64,000 nt of DNA from NCBI GenBank assembly GCA_030447785.1, contig JAUJOF010000003.1, positions 90,572 to 154,571 on the forward strand, given 5' to 3'. Made by a program: the position numbers and the translations under genes. This stretch comes from Solirubrobacteraceae bacterium (GTDB taxonomy: Bacteria; Actinomycetota; Thermoleophilia; Solirubrobacterales; Solirubrobacteraceae). Shown here in pieces: positions 9,509-19,046 of this stretch. Within the stretch, counting starts at the first letter, position 1, and each line of letters opens with the position of its first letter. The notes under the pieces were generated by a model, which was not told where the DNA came from, did no database searches, and saw only the letters and a list, made by a program, of their open reading frames with translations.

Positions 9509-10690
9509 ATGCCCAAGACCGTGATCCTCGGCGCCGCCCGCACCCCGATCGGCAAGCTGGGCGGGGGACTGAGCACCAAGCAGGCCACCGAGCTGGGGGC
9601 GCTGGCCATCAGAGGAGCCCTGGAGCGCGCCGACGTGGGCCCCGACCAGGTCGAGCAGGTGATCATGGGCCAGGTCCTCCAGGCCGGCCAGGGTCAGGTC
9701 CCTTCGCGCCAGGCCCAGATCGAGGCGGGAATCCCCAAGGAGGTCCCCTCGGAGACCATCAACAAGGTCTGCGCCTCGGGCATCCGCGCGGCCGGGCTGC
9801 TCGACCAGGCCATTCGCGCCGGGGACGTCGAGGTCGGGGTGGGCGGGGGCATGGAGTCGATGTCCAACGCGCCCTACCTGCTGCCCCAGGCCCGCTTCGG
9901 CTATCGCATGGGTGACGGGAAGATGTTCGACGCGATGCTCAAGGACGGGCTGATCAACCCCTTCACCGCCAAGCACATGGCCCAGGAGGCCTCCGAGGTC
10001 GCCCAGGAGCTCGAGCTGACGCGCGCCGACATGGACCGTTGGTCGCTGCGCTCCCACCAGCTGACCGTCAAGGCCACCGACGAGGGTCGCCTGCCCGAGG
10101 AGATCGTCCCCGTGACGGTCAAGGGCCGCAAGAGCGAGACGGTGGTGGAGATCGACGAGTCGCCGCGCCGTGAGACCACGCTGGAGGCGCTGGCCAGGTT
10201 GCCCCCGATCTTCATGGAGGACGGCACCCACACCGCGGGCAACGCGCCGGGGGTCAACGACGGCGGCGGCGCGCTGGTGCTGGCCTCCCACGAGTGGGCC
10301 TCGCGCAACGACAAGGAGGTCCTGGCCGAGATCATCGGGCAGGCCGCCATCGCCGACGACTTCCCCTACCTCGCGCGCACGCCGGCCAAGGCGGCCTCCA
10401 AGGCGCTGGAGAAGGCCGGCCTGTCGGCCGAGGAGGTCGACCTGTGGGAGATCAACGAGGCCTTCGCCTCGGTCACCCTCAACTCCATCCGGATGCTGGG
10501 CATCGACGAGGACCGGGTCAACGTCAACGGGGGCGCGGTGGCCATCGGCCACCCGCTCGGCGCCTCGGGCGCGCGCATCCTGGGCACGCTGGTCCACGAG
10601 CTGCGCCGCCGCGGCGGCGGCCTGGGCTGCGCGGCGATCTGCTCGGGCGGCGGCCAGGGCGACGCGGTGCTGGTGCGAGTAGCTGCCTGA
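9509..10690 (+). CDS. acetyl-CoA C-acetyltransferase (thiolase II)
   Basis: 393 aa. Active-site contexts are NKVCASG, NVNGGAVAIGHPLGASGARI and AAICSGGGQG. Confidence 0.9.
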   Translation: MPKTVILGAARTPIGKLGGGLSTKQATELGALAIRGALERADVGPDQVEQVIMGQVLQAGQGQVPSRQAQIEAGIPKEVPSETINKVCASGIRAAGLLDQAIRAGDVEVGVGGGMESMSNAPYLLPQARFGYRMGDGKMFDAMLKDGLINPFTAKHMAQEASEVAQELELTRADMDRWSLRSHQLTVKATDEGRLPEEIVPVTVKGRKSETVVEIDESPRRETTLEALARLPPIFMEDGTHTAGNAPGVNDGGGALVLASHEWASRNDKEVLAEIIGQAAIADDFPYLARTPAKAASKALEKAGLSAEEVDLWEINEAFASVTLNSIRMLGIDEDRVNVNGGAVAIGHPLGASGARILGTLVHELRRRGGGLGCAAICSGGGQGDAVLVRVAA

Positions 10691-10756
10691 CGGCGGAGCG
10701 CTCTCCTGTCAAGCACGCAGCGCTCCGCCGCCTTCTTCGACCTGGACCGCACGCTC

Positions 10757-11470
10757 ATGGCCGGCTCGTCGGGCTTCCACTGGGCGCGCGCGGCCTACAG
10801 CGCGGGGCTCATGCCCCGCCGTCAGCTGTGGGGGGACGCGTGGACCAACGTGCACTTCCGCGTGCGCGGCTCGACCGAGGCAGGCACCGAGCGGCTCAAG
10901 GAGCGGGTGGGGCAGTGGATCGCCGGGCGGCGGGTGATCGAGCTGCAGCGCCTGGCCCCGGCGGTGCTGGCCGGCGTGCTCCCGCGGCTGTACGGGCAGA
11001 TGCTCGAGGTCGCCTACGACCACCAGGACGCGGGCCGGCCGGTGTTCATCTGCACCGCCGCCTCCCAGGAGACGGCCGACATGCTCGCCCACGTGCTCGG
11101 GTTCGACGGGGCGGCGGGCTCGCGCCTGGAGCAGCGCGACGGCGTGTATACCGGGCGCTTCGAGGGGCCCTTCTGCTACCGCGAGGGCAAGCCGGCGCGC
11201 ATGCGCGAGCTGGCCGTCGCCCACGACGTCGATCTCCTCGCTTCCTACGGCTACTCCGACTCGGCCTCCGACCTGCCGATGCTGCGCGCCGTCGGCCATC
11301 CCGTCGCCGTCAACCCGGACCGCGAGCTGGCCCGGGCGGCCGCTGAGGAGGGCTGGGGGGTGCTGCGCTTCGAGCACCTCGCCCGCCGGCTGAAGCTCGT
11401 CGCCGCCGTGGGCGCCGCGGCCGCACTGGGCGGCGCGGGCCGCGCGGCCCGGGCGCGGCTCGCCGGCTGA
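10757..11470 (+). CDS. HAD-IB family hydrolase (SerB-like); true N-terminus probably upstream
   Basis: HAD-IB features are present (SYGYSDSASDLPML, HPVAVNPD). The catalytic motif I (FFDLDRT) is encoded at 10733-10753, upstream of the first canonical start codon. Confidence 0.75.
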   Translation: MAGSSGFHWARAAYSAGLMPRRQLWGDAWTNVHFRVRGSTEAGTERLKERVGQWIAGRRVIELQRLAPAVLAGVLPRLYGQMLEVAYDHQDAGRPVFICTAASQETADMLAHVLGFDGAAGSRLEQRDGVYTGRFEGPFCYREGKPARMRELAVAHDVDLLASYGYSDSASDLPMLRAVGHPVAVNPDRELARAAAEEGWGVLRFEHLARRLKLVAAVGAAAALGGAGRAARARLAG

Positions 11471-11505
11471 TCCGGCGTCCGACCACCGCAACCCGGCCGA
11501 GGGCG

Positions 11506-13083
11506 TCAGCCGCCCAGGCCGAGCAGCCCCTCGAACGGACCCACGAGCCCGACGGGCGGCCCGGTCTCCCAGCGCCCGTCGGGCATCTGGCCGACGAGGC
11601 GATAGCGGTCGGCCTGCTGGGGCACGGCCAGGCGCTCGAAGTAGCCCGCTTCGTCGGTGGCGAAGGTGGCCTGCCCGTCGTTGCAGCTGCTCGCCCCGAT
11701 CGTGTGCACCGGCTCCCAGCGGCCGGTCAGGAGGCTCTGGGCCTCCACCCGCACCAGGCGCGCGCGGTGCCCGGGGCGCACGCCGCCGAAGAGCACGATC
11801 CCCTGGCGACCCGCGTGGTGGCGGAGCTCCGCGTGCAGCGGCAGCCGGAAGGCCTGGGCGGCGGGCTTGGGGGTGCCGTCGGCGTAGTGCAGCCCCGTCT
11901 GGAAGTCGCGCCAGTGCCCGCGGGTTCCCGGTCGCCGACCGGAGTGGGCGGCATCGATGTCGCGCAGCAGGAACTGCGCGTGCATGTTCACGGTCGGTTG
12001 CTTCCAGGCCAGATAGGCCGACCACCCGATGAAGGCGGCCTGCTGCTCGGGGGTGTGGCGCTGGAAGGGGTCGGGCGGCTTGGTCTCGTAGCCGTACTCG
12101 GTGAAGTACAGGCCCAGCGGGCGGTCGATACGCCGGCGCTCGTGCAGCGCCTGGAGCAGCCCGGCTAGGCGATCGCCGTCGGCGATCGGCGCCATGTCGC
12201 TGTCGCGCGCGCGGTGGCCGGGGACGGTGTCGCGCGAGTAGGGGTGGTGGGCGAAGCCGTCGGCGCGCAGCGGGCGGAAGCCCTCGCACTCCGGTACGTC
12301 CAGTGGCTCCAGGCGCTCGTCCACGCAGGCCAGCTCGCGCACGAAGCGCATCGGGGGCACCCCGCCGCCACCGCGCCCGCCGCTGCGCGAGCCCTGTGAG
12401 GCGGTGCCGCCCATGAGCACCCCGTTTCGCTCGCTGACCGCCTTGATCGCGTCGTAGGCGGCGTTGTGCATGGGGCGGTAGACGTGGGGCGAGTACGGGC
12501 GCAGGCGCCGTCCCTCGCGGACCCACTGGGGCGCCAGGAAGGACGGGTGGTTGGGCTCGTTCCACGTCGTGTACTGGCGCACCGTGGGCAGCGTGCGGTC
12601 GGGGTCGGCCGGGTCGGGGAAGGTGCCGTCGTAGCGCTCGGCCACGGCGCGTGCGAAGGCGCCGAACAGCGCTGCGTCGGGCCGGTGGCGCTGGCGGGCG
12701 GGGTTGGTCGACCCGCGCGCGACCGCCCAGCGCGGCGCCCAGAAGGCCACGTCGAGCTGGACCTCCATCCCCGCCTCGCGCACGGCGCGCACCGCCGTGT
12801 CCAGGGAGCGCCAGCGCTCCTGGGGATAGGTGGCGGGGTCGGCTGGATCGAAGTCCCCGCCGGGGACCCTGCGCGCGGTGGGGCGGGGCGACAGGACCGC
12901 CCAACCCGCGGTGATGCGCACGCGGTCGAAGCCCAGCTCGGCCATCTGGCGAGCGGTCTCGCGCACCTGCGCGGGAGGGCGGTGCAGCAGCAGCGCGTCG
13001 TCCTGGACGACCGTCTCCATCTGCTTCGCCGCGCCGCCGCCCCCCAGCAGGGCCACCACTAGCGCGCACGCCACCTTCCCCAT
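11506..13083 (-). CDS. secreted clan GH-A (TIM-barrel) glycoside-hydrolase-like protein
   Basis: N-terminal signal-like segment. Acid/base-type motif TTWNEPNH and nucleophile-type motif YFTEYGYE. It is a paralogous style to 39604-40554. Confidence 0.55.
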   Translation of the reverse strand: MGKVACALVVALLGGGGAAKQMETVVQDDALLLHRPPAQVRETARQMAELGFDRVRITAGWAVLSPRPTARRVPGGDFDPADPATYPQERWRSLDTAVRAVREAGMEVQLDVAFWAPRWAVARGSTNPARQRHRPDAALFGAFARAVAERYDGTFPDPADPDRTLPTVRQYTTWNEPNHPSFLAPQWVREGRRLRPYSPHVYRPMHNAAYDAIKAVSERNGVLMGGTASQGSRSGGRGGGGVPPMRFVRELACVDERLEPLDVPECEGFRPLRADGFAHHPYSRDTVPGHRARDSDMAPIADGDRLAGLLQALHERRRIDRPLGLYFTEYGYETKPPDPFQRHTPEQQAAFIGWSAYLAWKQPTVNMHAQFLLRDIDAAHSGRRPGTRGHWRDFQTGLHYADGTPKPAAQAFRLPLHAELRHHAGRQGIVLFGGVRPGHRARLVRVEAQSLLTGRWEPVHTIGASSCNDGQATFATDEAGYFERLAVPQQADRYRLVGQMPDGRWETGPPVGLVGPFEGLLGLGG

Positions 13084-13167
13084 GCTGTCTCCCCCTCAGA
13101 TGGACCCAGCCGTTCAGCAATTCATCCTACTGCGCCCGCACGGGGCAACGCGTAGGATCCCGCACCC

Positions 13168-13578
13168 ATGAGCTCCTCCGCCGCGCAGCGCAAGATCCGG
13201 GTCGTCGTGGCCAAACCGGGGCTGGACGGCCACGATCGTGGAGCCAAGATCATCGCGCGGGCGTTGCGCGACGCGGGGATGGAGGTGATCTACACGGGGC
13301 TGCATCAGACGGCGGAGCAGATCGTGGAGACGGTGATCCAGGAGGACGCCGACGCGGTGGGGCTGTCGATCCTCTCGGGGGCGCACATGACGCTGGTACC
13401 CAAGATCGTCGAGTTGCTGGGCGAGCAGGAGGCCGGCGACGTGCTGGTCACGGTGGGCGGGACGATCCCCTCGGAAGACGTGCCCCAGCTCAAGGAGCTG
13501 GGGGTGGCCGAGGTCTTCACGCCGGGTGCGTCGACGCAGGAGATCGTCGACTTCATCTCCCAGCGCGTCGAGCCCTAG
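13168..13578 (+). CDS. cobalamin (B12)-binding domain protein, mutase small subunit
   Basis: Contains [18 protein letters not shown] (the DxHxxG B12-binding motif), SILSGAH and TVGGTIP. Confidence 0.85.
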   Translation: MSSSAAQRKIRVVVAKPGLDGHDRGAKIIARALRDAGMEVIYTGLHQTAEQIVETVIQEDADAVGLSILSGAHMTLVPKIVELLGEQEAGDVLVTVGGTIPSEDVPQLKELGVAEVFTPGASTQEIVDFISQRVEP

Positions 13579-13586
13579 GAGGATGT

Positions 13587-13648
13587 GTCGCTGTCGCGAC
13601 CTGGGGGCCCGCCTCCGGCGGCCACATGGCCGCCTCCGGCACCCCTAG
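13587..13648 (+). repeat. GC-rich hairpin-forming intergenic repeat, copy a
   Basis: Sequence is GTCGCTGTCGCGACCTGGGGGCCCGCCTCCGGCGGCCACATGGCCGCCTCCGGCACCCCTAG. It shares its 5' box and 3' box with 29981-30090, and in inverse orientation with 27465-27541. The inner stem is GGCGGCC-ACAT-GGCCGCC. Confidence 0.7.
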
Positions 13649-13649
13649 A

Positions 13650-13671
13650 CGATTGACTCGTCAGTCAATCG
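13650..13671. promoter_or_regulatory. perfect 9-bp inverted repeat (candidate operator) ahead of etfB
   Basis: CGATTGACT-CGTC-AGTCAATCG is followed by a TANNNT hexamer TAGCAT (13674-13679) in a locally AT-richer leader. The etfB GTG is at 13727, with SD GAGGAGG. Confidence 0.5.
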
Positions 13672-13726
13672 GCTAGCATCGGCCGTCTGTGAAGAACGAA
13701 CGTTCGGCTGAGCCGAGGAGGCTGGA

Positions 13727-14521
13727 GTGAAGATCTGCGTCCTGGTGAAGGAGGTGCCGGACGCCGCCGTCGAGAAGCGCATCGACCCCTCGACGGGGCG
13801 GATGGACCGCAGCGGGGAGAAGAACCTCAATCCCTACGACACCCACGCCATCGAGGCGGCCATGCAGATCAAGGAGCGCGGCGCCGTCCAGGTGGACGAG
13901 GTCGTGGCGCTGACCATGGGCCCCGCCAGCGCCGTGCGCGCGCTGCACAAGGCGGTCTCGCTGGGCGCCGACCGCTCGGTGCACCCTCAACGACGACGCG
14001 CTGGCCGGCTCCGACGTGGCCGCCACCGGCTACGCCCTGGCCACGGCGCTGGAGCGCGAGAGTCCCGACCTCGTGCTGCTCGGCCAGCAGTCCGATGACG
14101 GCGAGTGCTACACGATCGGCGCCGTGGTGGCCGACTACCTGCGCATGCCCTCGCTGACGCAGGTCATCGACATGAAGGTCGACGGCGAGGGAACGGTCCG
14201 CTGCGAGCGCCAGGCCGAATACGGCTACGACACCGTCGACGTCGCGCTGCCCGCCGTCATATCCGTCGGTGACGCCATCAACGAGCCGCGCTATCCCTCG
14301 CTCAAGGCGATCATGGGTGCCAAGAAGAAGCCGCTCGAGGCCGTCGGCGCCGGCGACGTCGGACTGGACGCATCGAAGATCGGCGCCGAGGGCTCCCAGG
14401 TCGACTGCGGCGACTTCAAGGCCCGCCCCAGAAGGCGGCCGGAACCATCATCGAGGACGAGGACACCAACGAGACGGTCGAGAGGATCGTCGCGTGGCTG
14501 GACGAGAGGAAGCTGATCTAG
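13727..14521 (+). pseudogene. etfB: electron transfer flavoprotein beta subunit, frame broken twice as read
   Basis: Conserved EtfB sequence runs in frame A (MKICVLVKEVPD...LGADRSVH), switches frame near the C-run at 13984-13986 (..NDDALAGSDVAATGYALATALE..), then returns near 14430 (..KAAGTIIEDEDTNETVERIVAWLDERKLI stop). There are no in-frame stops inside any segment. Confidence 0.75.
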
Positions 14522-14523
14522 GT

Positions 14524-15499
14524 ATGCCCGGCATTCTTGTTTACGCCCTCCACCACGAGGGCTCCATCAACAAGAACTCGCTGGGCGCCATCTCCGAGGC
14601 GGTCCGTCTGGCCGGCGAGCTGGGCACCGAGGCGCACGTCCTGGTCATGGGCGGCGACGACCTCACCGACGAGGTCTGCTCCTCGTTGGGCGCCTACGGA
14701 GCCACCAGGGTGCTGCGCGCCAGGGGCCCCGAGGGCCTCGCCCAGCCCGTGGTCGACGCCATGGAGAAGGCCGTGAAGGACAACGGCTACGACTACGCGC
14801 TGTTCGGCGGCGGCCTGCTGGGCTTCGAGATCGGCGCCGGCCTGGCCGCGCGCCTGGGCGCCGGGGTGACCATGGAGGTCACCGCGGTCAACGTCGAGGA
14901 CGGGCGGCTGACCGCCGAGCGCCTGATCCACGGCGACTCCTCGATCTCGATCTCCCGCTACAAGGGCTTCGGGATCATCATCGGCCGCCTCAACGCTACT
15001 TCGAGGCCAACGAGTCCGGCTCCGGCGCCGCCACCGTCGAGGACATCGACGTCGAGCTGTCGGAGTGGTCGACCAAGGCCACCATGGTCAGCCGCGGCGA
15101 GCAGCGCGGCGTCGACGTGGACATCGAGGGCGCCGACCTGCTGGTCGCGGGGGCCGCGGCCTGGGCAAGGCCGAGGGCTTCGAGGCGCTCGAGGCGCTGG
15201 CCGGGACCCTCGGGGGCGCGGTGGCCGCCACGCGCGCCGTGGTGGACGCCGGCTGGTATCCCTACGCCGCGCAGATCGGGCAGACGGGCAAGACCGTCGC
15301 ACCGAAGCTGTACCTCGCGGCGGGCATCTCCGGGGCCATCCAGCACAAGGTCGGCATGCAGTCCTCGGAGAACATCGTGGCCATCAACAAGGACGCCAAC
15401 GCCCCGATCTTCGAGTTCTCCGATCTCGGCGTGGTGGGCGACCTGAACAAGATCGTGCCCAAGCTCAACGAGGCCCTCAAGGCCAGGAAGGGCGGGTAG
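14524..15499 (+). pseudogene. etfA: electron transfer flavoprotein alpha subunit, frame broken twice as read
   Basis: The sequence MPGILVYALHH...GIIIGRLN continues in another frame after about 14996 ([10 protein letters not shown]...ADLLVAG). It continues in a third frame after the G-run at 15149-15153 ([14 protein letters not shown]...[11 protein letters not shown]...KARKGG stop). Confidence 0.75.
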
Positions 15500-15507
15500 T
15501 CGCCGCC

Positions 15508-17241
15508 ATGCCCGCCGCAGTGGAGAAGGGCAAGGTCGCGCCGGCGGCCTACCCGCCGCCGGTCGACTCCCCTGGACGAGTTCGTCAAGCACGGCCTCGA
15601 CGCCGAGGAAGAGCGCATCGACGTGGGCGTGGCCATCGTCGGCGGGGGCACTGCCGGGCGCAGCTGCGCCAACCGCCTGCTCCAGCTCCTGGGCGACGAC
15701 CCGGAGACGATGGAGCGCCTGGGCGAGGTCCCGGTCGCGATCATCGAGAAGGCCAAGGTGTGTGGTGGGCACAGCCTGTCGGGCGCGGTCATGCGCCCCG
15801 GCCCGCTGCAGGAGCTCTTCCCGGAGCTTTCCAGAGAGCAGTGGCGCGAGGAGGGCTTTGCCTTCGGCGAGGTCGACAAGGAAGCCGTCTACCTGCTGCC
15901 CAGCGCCAGGCGGTCCCTGAAGATCCCCACGCCGCCACCGTTCAAGAACCACGGCAACGAGGTCATCTCGGTGTCCGCCCTGGCGCGCTACCAGGCCCAG
16001 CAGGCCGAGGAGGGCGCGCCTACATCCTCACCGAGACGGCCGCGTCGCAGCTCATCGTCGAGGACGGCCGCGTGGTCGGCGTGCGCTCGGGCGACAAGGG
16101 CCGGGGCAGGGATGGCGAGCCGTTGTCGCAACTTCGAGCCCGGCACCGACGTCAAGGCCCAGGCGACCGTGCTGGCCGAGGCAGCTGGGGCCACCTCACC
16201 GGTGCGGCCATCCGCGAGTTCGACCTGGCCGAGGATCGCGAGCCCCAGGTGTGGGAGCTGGGCGTCAAGGAGATCTGGAAGGTCCCCAAGCCGCTGGATC
16301 GGATCATCCACACCATCGGGCCCTGGCCGCTCAAGCTGAGCTCGCGCTACGGGCAGATCGGCGGCACGTGGCTGTACCCGATGAAGGACGAGAAGACCGG
16401 CGACGACCTGGTCTCCATCGGCTTCGTGATCGACCTCGAGTACTTCGGGACGCCACCACCTCGGCCCACGACCTGCTCCAGCTGTTCAAGACCCACCCGC
16501 TGGTGCGCGAGGCGCTCGAAGGCGGCGGGCGCGTGGGCTGGGGGCCAGGCGCTGCCCGGTGGCGGCTACTGGTCGATGCCCAAGCTGTCCATGCCCGGCG
16601 CGGTGCTGGTCGGCGACTCGGGCGGCATGGTCGACACGGTCGCGCTGAAGGGCGTGCACCACTGCATCATCTCCAGGAGGCTGGCCGCCGAGGCGATCTA
16701 CGCGTCGCTCAAGCAGGGCGTCGTCCTTCGCGGCCTACGAGGACGCCGTGGAGGAGTCGAGATCGGCCAGGAGCTCTACGAGGTGCGCAACACGCGCCAG
16801 CCCTTCCAGCGTGGCTTTCTGCAGGGCGGGCCGATCGTCAACCTGCTCATCGCCACCAAGGGCAGGTTCCCCGGCGGGCGGTCGTGGCATCGCAGCGACC
16901 TCCAGCCGATGTTCATCGGCAAGACCAGGACCGCTATCCCCAGCCCGACGGCAAGTACGTCTTCGACAAGCTGTCGTCGGTCTACATCTCGGGCAACGCG
17001 ACGCGCGACGACGCCCCAGCCACATCCGGGTCCAGAAGAACGTCCCGCGCGAGATCGCCGAGACGTGGGCGTGGATGTGCCCCGCCGGCGCGTCGAGATA
17101 CCCGAGGACGCGCCGCAGCAGGGCGACGTCGACGTGACCGTCAACTACACCAACTGCGTGCAGTGCGGCGCGATCACCGCCAAGGGCGGGCGGCTGACGA
17201 CCCCCGAAGGCTGTACCAGCAGACGCGCTCGTCGCGTCTAG
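15508..17241 (+). pseudogene. ETF-ubiquinone oxidoreductase (ETF-QO/FixC-like), about 11 frame changes as read
   Basis: Conserved ETF-QO blocks ([107 protein letters not shown]) are spread over all three forward frames. Switches fall near 15570, 16015, 16125, 16185, 16445, 16545, 16722, 16760, 16930, 17015 and 17090. Confidence 0.7.
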
Positions 17242-17249
17242 CGGCCTGT

Positions 17250-17282
17250 CGGGCGAGGTCCGTGCAGACTGTCCCTCGCCCG
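17250..17282 (+). terminator. GC-rich hairpin after ETF-QO (no U-tract)
   Basis: CGGGCGAGG and CCTCGCCCG form a 9-bp stem with a 15-nt loop, starting 9 nt after the stop at 17241. Confidence 0.3.
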
Positions 17283-17350
17283 AGGGGATCGCTCCTCAGG
17301 GAACCTGAGGGCGAGGGGCGAAAACTCCGGGCCGGGCCGCGTTCACGTCG

Positions 17351-17780
17351 GTGATGCGCCGCTCGGCCCTCCTCGCCGTCGTCCTGCTCGCCGTCCCCGC
17401 GCCGGCGGCCGGTGCCGCGCACAAGGACGAGCTGCGCCTGGGCGTGGAGCGCTCGGCCTGCGCGGCCGGCGTCCTGGACGAGGACCGCTTCGCCGAGTTC
17501 ACCGCGACGATGCCCGCGCTGGCGGCACGGAGCGCATGGCCATGCGCTTCTCGATGTACGAGCGCGGCGACAGAGGGTGGGCCCGCCTGCGCGACGTCCC
17601 CGGCTCGATCGCTGGGAGCGCCCCGAGCGGCGGCGCAGCGGGTTCGTGTTCACCAAGCGCGTGGACGCGCTCGAGGCGGGCGAGCGCTACATGGTCAGGG
17701 TGCGCTTCCGCTGGTATGACAGCGACGGGGACCTGCAGCGCCGCGCCACCCGCCGCTCCGCCTCCTGCCTGATCGACTGA
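17351..17780 (+). pseudogene. hypothetical secreted protein, frame broken twice as read
   Basis: A signal peptide (MMRRSALLAVVLLAVPAPAAGAA) is followed by sequence that continues in other frames near 17525 and at the C-run 17598-17601 (..MAMRFSMYERGDRGWARLRDVPG / LDRWERPERRRSGFVFTKRVD...[11 protein letters not shown]..). Confidence 0.45.
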
Positions 17781-17809
17781 GGTCCCCTCGGGCCTACACT
17801 GGAAGGACC

Positions 17810-18025
17810 ATGAAGACCGACATCCATCCCGAATACGTCGAGGCGCACGTGCACTGCACGTGTGGCAACGAGTTCACCACCCGGTCGACCCAGACCCCGA
17901 TCAACGTCGAGATCTGCTCCAACTGCCACCCGTTCTACACCGGGCGGCAGAAGCTCGTGGACACCGGCGGCCGGGTCGAGCGCTTCCGCCGGCGCGCGGC
18001 AAGGCGTCAGCGCGGCGAGAAGTAA
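17810..18025 (+). CDS. rpmE: 50S ribosomal protein L31 (Zn-ribbon type)
   Basis: [29 protein letters not shown] is the canonical L31 sequence with the CxC...CxxC motif. Confidence 0.95.
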   Translation: MKTDIHPEYVEAHVHCTCGNEFTTRSTQTPINVEICSNCHPFYTGRQKLVDTGGRVERFRRRAARRQRGEK

Positions 18026-18032
18026 TCCATCC

Positions 18033-18995
18033 GTGAGCAGCGAGCCGGTCGCCGCCCGCCCGGCGGGGACGTCGAGCGCCCAGCGCGACGCCCCGGTGGG
18101 CGGGCAGGCCGTGCTCGAGGGTGTGATGATGCGCGGCATCTCGACCTGGGCGGTCGCCGTGCGCGGCGCCGAGGGCGATGTGCGGGTGCGCTCTTTCCCG
18201 CTGAAGTCGATGCTCAGACGCAGCCGCGTGGCGCGCCTGCCGGTCATCCGCGGGACCGTCGCCCTGGGCGAGTCGCTGACCATCGGCTTGCGAGCCATGC
18301 GCATCTCCGCCGACGCCCAGCGTCCGCCCGACGATCAGGAGCAGATCACCCGCGGTCAGTGGGCGTTCGCCGTCGCCGCCGGGCTCGGCCTGGCCATCGG
18401 CCTGTTCTTCCTGCTGCCCGCCGGTCTGGCCTCCCTGTCGGGCGCGGGCGCCGGCGGAGGACTGGCCTTCGTGGTGGTCGAGAAGCTCATCCGCGTCGCG
18501 ATCTTCCTGGGCTACCTCGTGCTGATCAGCCGCCTGCCCGACCTGCGCCGGGTCTTCGAGTACCACGGAGCCGAGCACAAGGTCATCCACGCCTACGAGG
18601 CCGGAGAGGAGCTGACGCCCGAGAACGCGGGGCGCTTCAGCCGGCTGCACCCTCGGTGCGGGACGAGCTTCCTGCTCATCGTGATGATCCTGGCCATCGT
18701 CGTGCTCGCCCCGCTGGGCTCACCCGAGTGGTATGTGCTCTACCCCTCGCGCATCCTGGCCGTGCCGATCGTCGCCGGGCTGAGCTTCGAGGTGCTCAAG
18801 TGGTTCGGTCGCAACCGCACCCGGCCCTGGGTCCGCGCGCTCATGTGGCCCGGCCTGCAGCTCCAGCGCCTGACGACCCGCGAGCCCGACCCCACGCAGC
18901 TCGCGGTGGCCATCGCGGCGATGCACGCCGTGCTCGCCTTCGAGAGGCCGGGCGCGCAGGACGCCGACGCGATGGGCATGGAGGTGGCCGCCTGA
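18033..18995 (+). CDS. DUF1385-domain membrane protein
   Basis: GTG at 18033 in the frame of ORF 17862-18995. Motifs are GGQAVLEGVMMRG, YHGAEHKVIH and RLHPRCGTSFLL. It sits in the conserved position between rpmE and prfA. Confidence 0.8.
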   Translation: MSSEPVAARPAGTSSAQRDAPVGGQAVLEGVMMRGISTWAVAVRGAEGDVRVRSFPLKSMLRRSRVARLPVIRGTVALGESLTIGLRAMRISADAQRPPDDQEQITRGQWAFAVAAGLGLAIGLFFLLPAGLASLSGAGAGGGLAFVVVEKLIRVAIFLGYLVLISRLPDLRRVFEYHGAEHKVIHAYEAGEELTPENAGRFSRLHPRCGTSFLLIVMILAIVVLAPLGSPEWYVLYPSRILAVPIVAGLSFEVLKWFGRNRTRPWVRALMWPGLQLQRLTTREPDPTQLAVAIAAMHAVLAFERPGAQDADAMGMEVAA

Positions 18996-19046
18996 CCTCG
19001 CGTCCGTGCCGCCGGCTCGCCGGTCGGCGGCTAGGCTGGCCCGACG

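Noticed and set aside
14269-17241. 990-aa plus-strand ORF that looks like one huge protein.
   Set aside because: It is a chimera of out-of-frame stretches of etfB and etfA and in-frame pieces of ETF-QO. It stays open only because GC-rich off-frames lack stops. Real homology hops between frames.
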